From positions 3,849 through 67,848 of the forward strand of contig CAINLT010000546.1 of assembly GCA_903850505.1 (NCBI GenBank): DNA of 64,000 nt, read 5' to 3'. A model generated the notes under the pieces. That model made no database searches, had not been told where the DNA came from, and was given only the letters and a program-made list of their open reading frames with translations. A program made the position numbers and the translations under genes. Shown here piece by piece: positions 8,586 to 17,621 of the stretch. Every line of letters starts with the position of its first letter. Positions within the stretch are counted from its first letter, which is position 1. The stretch is from an uncultured Myxococcales bacterium (lineage in GTDB: Bacteria > Myxococcota_A > UBA9042).

Positions 8586-10163
8586 ATGCGGAATGAAACG
8601 CTAGCGATTTTTGTGGCGTCAGTCTGGCTTTGCGCCTGCGGCACACCGGCGACAGCAACCGACGGCGGTGACACGGCCGTGACCGCGGAAGACGCCGCAC
8701 ACGGGGACGCGGCCGACACGGCGGGCACGGACGCTGCGGGAAGTGACGCGCCGGCGGGGTCAGACGCCACGCCCGATGCGGACGCAGCCGCGGATACGCT
8801 CGACGCCCAGGGGAGCGACGCGGCGCCGGGGACCGATGCGAGCGCCGACGTCGACGCGGCGCCGGCATGCGACCCGATGAAGTGCGCCGGCAAACCTGCG
8901 CTGTGTCACAAGTGGTCATGCATCAACGACAAATGCGATGACAGCACGCCGATCCCCCTGGGCACCTTCTGTGACGACGGCAACGCCTGTACGAACAGCG
9001 ACGCCTGCGCGGCGGGCGGAATCTGCGTTGGCGTGGTCGAGCTTTGCGCTGATCCGACAACGGTTTGCACCCTCAACGTCTGCGACCCGAAGTCCGGTCA
9101 GTGCGCGCCCCAAGCCAAGCCCGGCACGAACGGCGTGCCCTGTGACGACGGCAACGCCTGCACGGATGGCGAGACCTGCAATGCCGGCGAGTGCGGCGGG
9201 AGCTCGCCGGTGATGTGCACCAACACATCGGGCTGCACGATCGCGTCCTGCGACACGGTGAAAGGCTGCGTCTACACGCCTTTCGCCTCCAACGGCGGCC
9301 TGCCCATCGCATGCAACGACGGTGATCCCTGCACGTCCAATGACGTTTGCCTCGCGTCCGGCAAGTGCGCGGGAACGCCGCTCACCGCCAACGTGCCTTT
9401 GCAGCCTTGCCAGCTTGTGAGCTGCGATCCGGCGACCGGCCAGCTCAGCTTTGGCACGGTCTCCTGCGACGACGGCGAGTTGTGCACGCTGGACAACTGC
9501 ACCGTGGGTACGAACGCCTGCACCCACGTGGCTGTCGCCGGCGGAACGGCGTGCGACGACGGCAATCCGTGCACCAACGGCGACGCTTGCGCCGGCGGCA
9601 CCTGCGCACCCGGCAAGGCCAAGAACTGTGACGACGGCAACACGTGCACCATCGACGCATGCGACGCGACGGGGACCTGCACCCACGGCGCGGGACCGGA
9701 CATGAGCGCCTGCTCGGACGGCAACGCCTGCACGCTCAACGACCTCTGCCTCGGCGGCGCGTGCACGCCCGGAACCGCCAAGAGCTGCGATGACGGCATG
9801 CTCTGCACCGCCGACGTCTGCAACGCCGGGACGGGTGCGTGCGACAGCAGCGCGTACGTCCCCGGCTGCGGGCCAACCTTTGACGACGTCAACACCGCGA
9901 TCTTCAAGCCGCTCTGCGCGTCGTGCCACGGCGCGTGGACTGCTGCGACGCTCGTCGGTCAGACCGCCAAGGCGGCGTGCGCGCTGCCCAAGTGGGTCGT
10001 CAAAGGCCAGCCGTCGCAGAGCGAAATTGTGATGAAGGTCGACACGAGCATTCCGCTGACTGCCGGTTGTGGCGGCCGCATGCCGCAAAGCAATCCCGGC
10101 AGCCTGACCACGCCGCAGATCCAGCAAATCAAGGACTGGATCGCCAACGGCGCGGTTCCGTAG
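8586..10163 (+). CDS. secreted lipoprotein: myxobacterial Cys-rich (CDDGNxCT) repeats fused to a C-terminal CxxCH cytochrome-c-like domain
   Basis: Start taken at ATG 8586 (MRNETLAIFVASVWLCACG lipobox). Repeats of CDDGNACT/CDDGNPCT/CSDGNACT follow. The C-terminus is FKPLCASCHG...CGGRMPQ...TPQIQQIKDWIANGA. Confidence 0.75.
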   Translation: MRNETLAIFVASVWLCACGTPATATDGGDTAVTAEDAAHGDAADTAGTDAAGSDAPAGSDATPDADAAADTLDAQGSDAAPGTDASADVDAAPACDPMKCAGKPALCHKWSCINDKCDDSTPIPLGTFCDDGNACTNSDACAAGGICVGVVELCADPTTVCTLNVCDPKSGQCAPQAKPGTNGVPCDDGNACTDGETCNAGECGGSSPVMCTNTSGCTIASCDTVKGCVYTPFASNGGLPIACNDGDPCTSNDVCLASGKCAGTPLTANVPLQPCQLVSCDPATGQLSFGTVSCDDGELCTLDNCTVGTNACTHVAVAGGTACDDGNPCTNGDACAGGTCAPGKAKNCDDGNTCTIDACDATGTCTHGAGPDMSACSDGNACTLNDLCLGGACTPGTAKSCDDGMLCTADVCNAGTGACDSSAYVPGCGPTFDDVNTAIFKPLCASCHGAWTAATLVGQTAKAACALPKWVVKGQPSQSEIVMKVDTSIPLTAGCGGRMPQSNPGSLTTPQIQQIKDWIANGAVP

Positions 10164-10192
10164 GCGAGATTGACTTCCCGCATCGGGTTGTT

Positions 10193-11371
10193 ATGGTCGT
10201 TTGGCGGGCCTGTGCCCAGCTGAGTCACGCCGTGCCCTCGACCGAATCACCGCCGCCGCAGCGCTTTGGCCCGCGCACGACGCTCGCCTTCCTGCTGCTC
10301 GTCGTGCTGCTGGAAATCTGGGCGGTGCGGGCGACGGACCCGGATTTTCCCATTGGCGATCCGTTCCACGTCCTTACGGTGCTGCTCGTCGCGCTGTTCG
10401 TCGGTGCCGCGTTCATCCGCCTGAAGATCGTCCGGATCGCGCTGTTGACGGTGGTCTTTGCCGTGCCCAGCCTCGTGCTTGTCGCGGAGTGGCGGCTGGC
10501 CTCGCGGGACGTCGACATCGCCAACTCGCGCATCGCGCTCTCCAAGGATGGGCTGCTGCGCTTCACCTATCGCCCGGGCGCGGAAGTGCGCGCGCGCGAC
10601 AACGCCTGGAGCATGCGCATCACCGATGACGGTCTTTTTGACGTGCCGCACGCCGTGCCCAAACCGCCCGGCGTCGTGCGCATCGTGCTGCTCGGCGATT
10701 CCGTGCCCAATGAAGGCTCGCTGCCGTTTGCCCAGCGCTTTCCGCACCTGCTGGAACAGCTCCTGCAGGCCGCCGCGCCGCCGGGCGTGAAGCCGGAGGT
10801 CGTGAACGTGTCCTGCGAGGGCTACAACTCGATCCAGGAGGAGCGGCTGCTGGAGAAAGTGGGCCTGCGCTACCAGCCCGATCTGGTGCTGTGGACGTAC
10901 GTGCTGAACGATCCCTTCCTGCAAAATGGCGGCTTCCGGCGCATGGGCAACAGCTTCTTCCTGTTCCAGTTTGCGCCGCTGTTGCTGCTGGCGACGGGCG
11001 GAACGTTCTGCGACGGCTTTGCGTACCTGCATACGGACTACGCGTTTGACCTTGTCGTGCGCAACAGCCTGGAGCGCATGCGGCTCATCGCTGAGCGCGA
11101 TCACCTCAACGTGCTGTTCGCGACGCTGCCCATCGTGGAGCGTTTTGACAATCCGGTCTGCATGGGCCTGTACGATCGCGCAATTGCGGCGGCCAAGGAC
11201 CAAGGGTTTGCGACGACGCGCGTTGTCGATTCGTTCCGCGGCGAGGACTTCCACAAGTACCAGAAGCCCGGCGAGGAGATGGACGTGACGCATCCGAACG
11301 CGGCCGGGCACCAGCGGATGGCGGAGCACCTCGCGAAGGCCGCAGCGCCGCTTTTGTGGCCGCGAAAATAG
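10193..11371 (+). CDS. membrane-anchored SGNH/GDSL-family hydrolase
   Basis: Start taken at in-frame ATG 10193, after the stop of the upstream gene. TM helices come first, then RIVLLGDSVPNEG (block I GDS) and DVTHPNAAGH (block V DxxH). Confidence 0.7.
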   Translation: MVVWRACAQLSHAVPSTESPPPQRFGPRTTLAFLLLVVLLEIWAVRATDPDFPIGDPFHVLTVLLVALFVGAAFIRLKIVRIALLTVVFAVPSLVLVAEWRLASRDVDIANSRIALSKDGLLRFTYRPGAEVRARDNAWSMRITDDGLFDVPHAVPKPPGVVRIVLLGDSVPNEGSLPFAQRFPHLLEQLLQAAAPPGVKPEVVNVSCEGYNSIQEERLLEKVGLRYQPDLVLWTYVLNDPFLQNGGFRRMGNSFFLFQFAPLLLLATGGTFCDGFAYLHTDYAFDLVVRNSLERMRLIAERDHLNVLFATLPIVERFDNPVCMGLYDRAIAAAKDQGFATTRVVDSFRGEDFHKYQKPGEEMDVTHPNAAGHQRMAEHLAKAAAPLLWPRK

Positions 11372-11374
11372 CGC

Positions 11375-12694
11375 CTACGCGAGCAACCGCCGCACCCGCA
11401 GCAGCCAGGCAAAACGCAGCGCCAGGGACACAGCCACCACGCCCAGCGCCAGGGACAGGCCCCACCACAGCCACGCCGGATCGCCATGCCGGACGAACAC
11501 TTGCCAATAGCCAAGCGGCAGCCCGAGCAGGCTGAAGCCAAGCAGGTTGAAGAGCACCGGGACGCGCGTGTCGTCCAGCCCGCGCAGGACGCCAAAGCCG
11601 ATGGCCTGCGCGCCGTCTGCCAACTGGAACGCCGCCGCGATGCCGAGGAAATGGCAGGTCACGGAGAGTACGAGCGGATCGCCGTGCGGCAGGTAGAGCT
11701 GCGCCATCGGCGTGCGCAGGAGCAGCATCACGCAGCCTGACAGCGCGGAATAGGCGACGCCGACGCGCAGCGCGGTCCAGCCAGCGAGACCAATGCCCGG
11801 GCCATCGCGACGACCGACAGCGTACCCGACGCGCATCGCCGCGGCCGTTGAGACGGCGAACGGCACCTGGAACGCCAGCGAGGCGATGTTCAGCGCCACC
11901 TCGTGCGCCGCCAGCGTTTCCGGCCCAAGCAGACCCATCCAGAACGTCACGAGCGCGAAGCCGGACGCTTCCAGGCCATACTGCAGCGCCAGCGGCATCC
12001 CGGAACGCAGGACGGTGTGCAGCAGCGGCCACTCCGGCCAAGCGAACGGCGAGCGGAACGGCGCGAGCGACTTGCTGTAGCGGACGCCAAGCCACAGGAG
12101 CGCCACCATGAGCACGCGGCCGAGCACGGACGCCAGCGCGATGCCCCGGATGCCCATGCGCGGCAGACCCAAGCCGCCCAGTCCGAGCCACAGGCAGAGC
12201 ACGGCGTGAACGACGTTGGACAGCACGGCAGCGCGCATCACGATGGCGGGCTGCCCGATCGCCGACAGGAACGAGCGCGACGCGGCAAACCACATGGCCG
12301 GCAGGATGCCGATGGCGGACCAGTCGAGGAGAACTTCGACGTCGTCCATCAGCCGCGGATCCTGACCCATCCAGCGCAGCCCGCGACCAGAAAGCACGAT
12401 GAGCGCCATCAGCGGCAACGCGCCCAGCGTGGCGGTCCAAAGCCCTTGGTAGAACAGCCGCCCGGCGCGCTGCGGATCACCCTCGCCCACGGCGCGCGCG
12501 ACGTGCGGGTCCAGACCCGCCATCAGGCCAAACGCCATGATGAGCACAAGCGAAAACGCCGTCGCGCCCAAGCCCTGCGCCGCCAATTGCCGCACGCCAA
12601 GCTGGCCAGCCACCATCGTGCCGACCACGCCCATCCCCATCTGCGCGAGCTGCGCCACAACCAGCGGCGCCGCCAGCGTCAGCAGGCTGGTCAT
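11375..12694 (-). CDS. MATE-family efflux transporter
   Basis: 12-TM pattern, with N-terminus MTSLLTLAAPLVVAQLAQMGMGVVGTMVAG. An alternative GTG start at 12724 would abut the SMC-like stop. Confidence 0.8.
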   Translation of the reverse strand: MTSLLTLAAPLVVAQLAQMGMGVVGTMVAGQLGVRQLAAQGLGATAFSLVLIMAFGLMAGLDPHVARAVGEGDPQRAGRLFYQGLWTATLGALPLMALIVLSGRGLRWMGQDPRLMDDVEVLLDWSAIGILPAMWFAASRSFLSAIGQPAIVMRAAVLSNVVHAVLCLWLGLGGLGLPRMGIRGIALASVLGRVLMVALLWLGVRYSKSLAPFRSPFAWPEWPLLHTVLRSGMPLALQYGLEASGFALVTFWMGLLGPETLAAHEVALNIASLAFQVPFAVSTAAAMRVGYAVGRRDGPGIGLAGWTALRVGVAYSALSGCVMLLLRTPMAQLYLPHGDPLVLSVTCHFLGIAAAFQLADGAQAIGFGVLRGLDDTRVPVLFNLLGFSLLGLPLGYWQVFVRHGDPAWLWWGLSLALGVVAVSLALRFAWLLRVRRLLA

Positions 12695-12724
12695 TTCCTG
12701 TCGTCGTGCTGAGATGGCCAACAC

Positions 12725-15517
12725 CTACCGCCGCAGGAACGTCGGTACCGGCGCGTGGCGTTCCGTGGCGCCTTTCTTGCGCAGGTTCAGCGTCAGGCCA
12801 GCCGGATTGTAGACGAGCAGGTTGTGCGTCGTCGGCGTGGTAATCAGGAACTGCGCGCGGGTCACCGTCAGAAAGCGCGCGACCTCGTCGATGCGCTCCA
12901 CCGACAAGTGGGCAAAAGGCTCGTCGAGGATGAAGAAGCCCGCCGCCGATTCACCTTCCTGCATCGTCAACGCCATCAGCAGGATCAGCGACGCGACAAC
13001 GGACTGGCCGCCGGAGAGCTTGGGATCGTCCACTGCGACCGGCTTCTTGCCGTCAAAGCCGATGCGCACTTCCAGCCCGGCTTTGCCGATCAGATCGTCG
13101 TTCTCGTCCTTGAGGAACTCCGCGCCGGGGATCTTGACCTGCACTTCCACGCGGCACAGCTCGCCCAAACGCGTCACGTTCTGGCGGTAGCGGCGGATCG
13201 TCTCCTGCACAACGCGCTTGTACGCCTGCCGCGCCAGCTTCAGCTCGTCCGCGCCCGCCGCCAGCTCGCGCCGCTGCGAAGTCAGGGACCGCTCGTGCTC
13301 CTGCAGCTCCGACGCCGCGCGCTCCCACACTTGCAGGGCGCGCGCATCGCGGTTGCCCTCAAAGCGCTGGACACGCTCGCGCAGCAGGTTCAGCCGCTCG
13401 ATGAGGGAAATCTCCGACTCGAGCAGTTCCAGCGCCGCTTCCGTCTGCATTTCCGGCCGCACCTGCAGGCGCAGCTCCTCGAACTCCAGCTGCAGCCGCG
13501 CGTGTTTCGCCGTCACCGTGCCGACGGTCGTCCGCGCGCGGTCGCGCTCCAACAGCGCCTCCCGATTGCGGTATTCCAGCAGCGCGACGCGTTGCTGCTT
13601 GTCCAGCACCAGCGCGTTGTCGGCGTCCACGGCGCCAAGCATCGCCACCAGTCGCTCCGAACTCGCGCGGCGCTGCGCCGTCAGCGTCTCGATGCGCGCG
13701 TGCAGCAGCGCCGGATCACCGATCTTCAGGATCAGCCGATCGGCGACGCGCGCTTGCACGAGCTGTTCATCGATCGCCGCGATCCGCCGGGTCGTGGGCG
13801 CAATCGACGCTTCCAGGCTCTCGCGCAACTGCCGCAGCTTGCCGAGCTCGGACTCGACTTGCGCCTTGCGATGGCCGCCCGCGGACGTGCCGCAGTACAG
13901 ATCGCTGGTGCCGACGAAGATGCCGCCGCGCGTGTCCTGCCGGTAGCCGTCGGGCGTAATGCTGGTCTGACGGCCGAGCTTGTGGCCCTCTTCCACGGAG
14001 TTGACGAGCTGGACGCTGGCCAGCATCTGCACGATGTACTCAGGCAGCCGCGCGTCCGTCAGCGTGACAACCGACAGCGCCGAACCCGCGCGCACGGGAT
14101 GGCGCTTGGCCGGCTCCCACGCCGCGATGTAGTTGCGGTACTTGAGCTTCTGGCCCACCTTGCGGCCGGCGAGCTCATGCTGGCCATCGACGAGCACCGT
14201 AAAGCGCGCGGAGCCGAGAATCGACTCCACCGCGATCTGCCAATGCGGCTCCTGAATCTCCAGGCAATCCGCCACGAGCGTCCCGGTGATGCCTTCACGG
14301 CTCAGCTCGCGCAGCACCTGCTGGGAATTCTCCGGCGGATTGCGCCGCGACTGCCCGGTATCCAGCGTCGACAACTCCGCGCGCAGGCGGCTGATCTGCT
14401 CGATCACCTCACCCAGCTGCCGCCGCGTACTCGCTTCGGACGCAACGTGCTTTTCGCGCTCCTGCTTGAGCACCTCGATCGCCGCCAGATCCGCGGATTG
14501 GCTCGGACCCAACTCCGCCAGCTCCGCCTCGTAGCGCTTCAGGTCGCGGTGTTCGCCGTCCAGCCGCTCCTTCTCTTTCATCAGCGTCTGATAGTCGGCG
14601 CGCGTCTGCTCGATGCGCTTCTTGATCGTCTCGGAGTCCTGCTGCAGCGTCTCCGCTTCGCCGGTGAAACCGTGCAACGTCGCTTCCGCAGCCTTGAACA
14701 GCGACTCGGCGCGCTCCAGTTCGCGGGCCAGATCGGCCTGTTCGCGGATCACGGCCTTCAGGCGCGCCGCCGGCAGCCGGACATCCCGCAGCTCCTTTTC
14801 CTGCTCAACCAAAGACTGGTATTCGCGGAACTGCTCGGCATCGCGCCGCAGCACGTCCACGTGCAACGCCATGGTTTTCAGGCGGTTGTCAAACTGCTCC
14901 AGCTCGCGCTCGCCCGCCAGATACGTCCCGCGCGCGTCCGAGTAGCGGTCCAGGACCTGCTTGTCGCCCTGCAGCTCCAGCACGTACTCCAGCAGCTGCT
15001 CCGGCGTGCGCTGCGCCAGCTTGTGCGTTTCGCCCTGCTCCAGCGCCAGAATCTTCAGCAGCGTCCGCGGCGTTCCCGCCTCTTCCAGCGCGCGCGAATA
15101 CTCTTCCGGGCCCATACCGTGAGGCGCAGCGCGGAGCTGCTCGATCGACGCGTCCCCCGACAGGATGTGATACCGGCGCTGCCACTGCCCTTGTTTGCGC
15201 TCCAGGATGCACGCCAGCGTCACATCTTCATCGTACAAGCCGCGGCTGGAAAACGGCCGACGTCCGGTGCCGCGCTTCAGCGGATTGCTGACCACCGCTT
15301 TCACGATCGCCACGCCAGTATCGTCGCGCAAGTACTGCGGCATCTTGCGCGCAGTCGAGAGCTTGCGGGCGTTCAGGAGCACGCGCAGGGCGTCGAGCAG
15401 CGTCGTCTTGCCGGAGCCATTGGGCCCGGCGATGAGCACGACCTGTTCGTCAACCGGCAGGCGGATGTGCCCCCAGAAGTCCCAGTTCATCAATTCGAGC
15501 CATTTGAACGTGAACAT
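12725..15517 (-). CDS. SMC-family ATPase (short, 930 aa) with central hinge-like domain
   Basis: Head: MFTFKWLELMNWDFWG...LIAGPNGSGKTTLLDAL (Walker A). Long Glu/Arg/Leu coiled-coil arms follow. Central globular segment: GITGTLVADCLEIQEPHWQIAVESILGSARFTVLV. C-terminal head: LSGGQ signature and FFILDEPFAHL Walker B. Confidence 0.85.
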   Translation of the reverse strand: MFTFKWLELMNWDFWGHIRLPVDEQVVLIAGPNGSGKTTLLDALRVLLNARKLSTARKMPQYLRDDTGVAIVKAVVSNPLKRGTGRRPFSSRGLYDEDVTLACILERKQGQWQRRYHILSGDASIEQLRAAPHGMGPEEYSRALEEAGTPRTLLKILALEQGETHKLAQRTPEQLLEYVLELQGDKQVLDRYSDARGTYLAGERELEQFDNRLKTMALHVDVLRRDAEQFREYQSLVEQEKELRDVRLPAARLKAVIREQADLARELERAESLFKAAEATLHGFTGEAETLQQDSETIKKRIEQTRADYQTLMKEKERLDGEHRDLKRYEAELAELGPSQSADLAAIEVLKQEREKHVASEASTRRQLGEVIEQISRLRAELSTLDTGQSRRNPPENSQQVLRELSREGITGTLVADCLEIQEPHWQIAVESILGSARFTVLVDGQHELAGRKVGQKLKYRNYIAAWEPAKRHPVRAGSALSVVTLTDARLPEYIVQMLASVQLVNSVEEGHKLGRQTSITPDGYRQDTRGGIFVGTSDLYCGTSAGGHRKAQVESELGKLRQLRESLEASIAPTTRRIAAIDEQLVQARVADRLILKIGDPALLHARIETLTAQRRASSERLVAMLGAVDADNALVLDKQQRVALLEYRNREALLERDRARTTVGTVTAKHARLQLEFEELRLQVRPEMQTEAALELLESEISLIERLNLLRERVQRFEGNRDARALQVWERAASELQEHERSLTSQRRELAAGADELKLARQAYKRVVQETIRRYRQNVTRLGELCRVEVQVKIPGAEFLKDENDDLIGKAGLEVRIGFDGKKPVAVDDPKLSGGQSVVASLILLMALTMQEGESAAGFFILDEPFAHLSVERIDEVARFLTVTRAQFLITTPTTHNLLVYNPAGLTLNLRKKGATERHAPVPTFLRR

Positions 15518-15523
15518 GCTGGC

Positions 15524-16234
15524 TCAATCCTCGTCTTCGCCCAATTCGTCGCCGTCGTCTGAATCGGCCGCTTCCGGCATGTCCGCGCCGCCGCGCTCCA
15601 GCACGTCCCACAGCACGGAGTCGCGCAGCTTCTGCGCCATCTGCACGCCGTCGATCAGCAGGTCCAGCACCGGACCTTCCGTGATGTTGCCGCGGCGATC
15701 CTCGCGGATGAAACCCGACGTCTTGAGTTGGCCCACGTAGCGGGAAAACGCCGTCTTGCCAAACTTGCGGCCAAACTCGGCGTAGAGCGCATCGCGCGGC
15801 AGGGACAGCGGACCGTTTTCCGTCGGCGCGTCAGGATCAACCGGCATGTCCGGATTCTGGCGCTTGAGCGCCGCTTCCGTGGACGCAATCCGCTTGGGGA
15901 GCACGAGCTTGGCCCACAGGATCACGAGCAGCGCCACCGCCCCGCGCGGCACGCGGGCGTTGGTCGCCCAGTCCAGCCGGATGTCCGCCTCAATGTCGCG
16001 GCGCAAACGCACGGCAAAGTAGTCCGACGTGAACGATTCCACGAGCTCCAGCCCCACGCCGTCCAAGCGCCGACTGACGATCGCGCGCAGTTCGTCGTCG
16101 ATCAGCAAGTCACGGCAGGCGCGCTTCGCCACCCAGCGGTCGATCAGCAGTTGCCCGCAGATCTCCCGTGCCCGATTCTCGCGTTCTGCATCGTGTTTGT
16201 CTGCCGGGCCAGCCGGCAAAGTGTCGAGTTCCAT
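15524..16234 (-). CDS. tandem winged-helix-like acidic protein, candidate KITE-type (MksE/JetB/ScpB-like) partner of the SMC-like ATPase
   Basis: 236 aa from ATG 16234; it ends 6 nt upstream of the ATPase start. Two WH-like segments are visible (LRAIVSRRLDGVGLELVESFTSDYFAVRL; FSRYVGQLKTSGFIREDRRGNITEGPVL). The tail is acidic: PEAADSDDGDELGEDED. The family call is by pattern only. Confidence 0.45.
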   Translation of the reverse strand: MELDTLPAGPADKHDAERENRAREICGQLLIDRWVAKRACRDLLIDDELRAIVSRRLDGVGLELVESFTSDYFAVRLRRDIEADIRLDWATNARVPRGAVALLVILWAKLVLPKRIASTEAALKRQNPDMPVDPDAPTENGPLSLPRDALYAEFGRKFGKTAFSRYVGQLKTSGFIREDRRGNITEGPVLDLLIDGVQMAQKLRDSVLWDVLERGGADMPEAADSDDGDELGEDED

Positions 16235-16334
16235 CGTTGTTCCGGGTCGCTGCCGCTGATGCGGGCGCGGTGAATAGCACAACGAACGGCCAGATCACAG
16301 ACCAGCCGTCGGGAGATCCGTCATTTCAGGCAGG

Positions 16335-16871
16335 TCAGCTTGGCCATACGGTCAGCATCGCTTCGACCTCGCCCAGGGCTGCCCGCAACTCCGCGTCCAG
16401 CATGGCTTCTGCGCCGGCCAATTGTTGCCGCACTGCAGCCTCGCTCGCCTCCGAAGCCGCGAGCCGCGCTTCCAGCGATCGCAACTCGCGCCCCAGCCGG
16501 TCCAACTCGGCGCGCAACGCGACTTCCGCTGTGTCATCGTGCGGTTGCGTCACCTTGGTCTCGACGTAGACGACTTCGGGCGGCTTGGGTGGCGCGGCTT
16601 CGTGCGACAGCGCCTTCTTGGCGCCGGCAATCGTGAAGCCCTCGTCATACAGCAGCGTCCGGATGCGCGCGAGGCGGGCCAGCGCGGGACGGCCAAACAG
16701 CAGCCGCCCTGTGCTCGACCGTTCAGGCCGAACCTGGGCAAACTGCTGCTGCCAAAAGCGCACGACGTGCGGCTCCACGCCCAGCATGTCCGCCACTTCG
16801 CCAATGCGGAAGAAGTGCTTGTCCGGGGCCTTGCGACCTTCCGGCAGAACGATCGGCATTTCCTGGGCCAT
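16335..16871 (-). CDS. MerR-family transcriptional regulator
   Basis: Start taken at ATG 16871, with GGAGG 5 nt upstream. HTH region: FFRIGEVADMLGVEPHVVRFWQQQF. The C-terminus is a coiled coil. Confidence 0.8.
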   Translation of the reverse strand: MAQEMPIVLPEGRKAPDKHFFRIGEVADMLGVEPHVVRFWQQQFAQVRPERSSTGRLLFGRPALARLARIRTLLYDEGFTIAGAKKALSHEAAPPKPPEVVYVETKVTQPHDDTAEVALRAELDRLGRELRSLEARLAASEASEAAVRQQLAGAEAMLDAELRAALGEVEAMLTVWPS

Positions 16872-17012
16872 GAGAACCTCCGGCGGCGAGGGTAGCCCGA
16901 ATCCCGTCCGCCGCACAACCGCGCGGCGCGGCAGATGCGGAACGGCAAAAAGACGTCAGGCCAGCGGTCCCACGCGGAGACGGCCGGCCTGACGCCAATC
17001 GAGCAGCCGAAC

Positions 17013-17291
17013 TTACTTGTTCAGCGTCGTCTTCAGAACCTGCGACGGCTTGAACGTCAGCACCTTGCGGGCCGAGATTTCAATCGGCTTCTTGGTCTGC
17101 GGATTGCGGCCCATGCGGGCCTTCTTCTCGCGAACGACGAAGTTGCCAAAGCCCGAGATCTTCACTTTCTCGGACTTCGCCAGCGTGTCCTTGAGGGTCT
17201 CGAACACGATCTCGACCAACTCGGCCGCTTCGCGCTTGGAGTAGCCGCCCAGTTTGTCGTACACGGTCTCGATGATGTCTGCCTTGGTCAT
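17013..17291 (-). CDS. ihfA: integration host factor subunit alpha
   Basis: 92 aa: MTKADIIETVYDKLGGYSKREAAELVEIVFETLKDTL...GFGNFVVREKKARMGRNPQTKKPIEISARKVLTFKPS. Confidence 0.9.
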   Translation of the reverse strand: MTKADIIETVYDKLGGYSKREAAELVEIVFETLKDTLAKSEKVKISGFGNFVVREKKARMGRNPQTKKPIEISARKVLTFKPSQVLKTTLNK

Positions 17292-17621
17292 GGCTAAAAT
17301 CCTCAGTAGCTACAGGTTGATCCCGTCAGGCGGTCCACTACCGCCCAGCGAGTTTGACCCGGTGCCGCCTTTCGCTACGACGCGTCGGTCGTAGTCGTCG
17401 GTGCAACAGGGGGCCGATCGCAGGGTTAGGGGCGATCAAGATACCAGACGACGCTCGGGCACTCGCCCAAGCCGCCATCGGGAAACCGGAAACAGTCGTA
17501 CCCGAAGAACACGTTCTGTACCCACACTTTTCTGACTCGCGCGCTGTCCGCCGTTAGCGAAACCTGCGCCCCACACGCGGCGAACCGGGCGTTGCACCTG
17601 GCTCACCAGACGCAGTCGCGA

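Noticed and set aside
9923-10192. The 5' 90 codons of track ORF 9923..11371.
   Set aside because: - This part overlaps the 3' end of the Cys-rich/heme-c gene in another frame.
- It is Arg-rich.
- The hydrolase most plausibly starts at ATG 10193.
12725-16916. Calling the SMC-like locus a Wadjet (JetABCD) or MksFEB system.
   Set aside because: - No JetA/MksF-like kleisin ORF and no JetD Toprim nuclease ORF exist on either side.
- The upstream gene is a MerR regulator, which typically accompanies ihfA.
- The locus is reported only as an incomplete or novel SMC pair.
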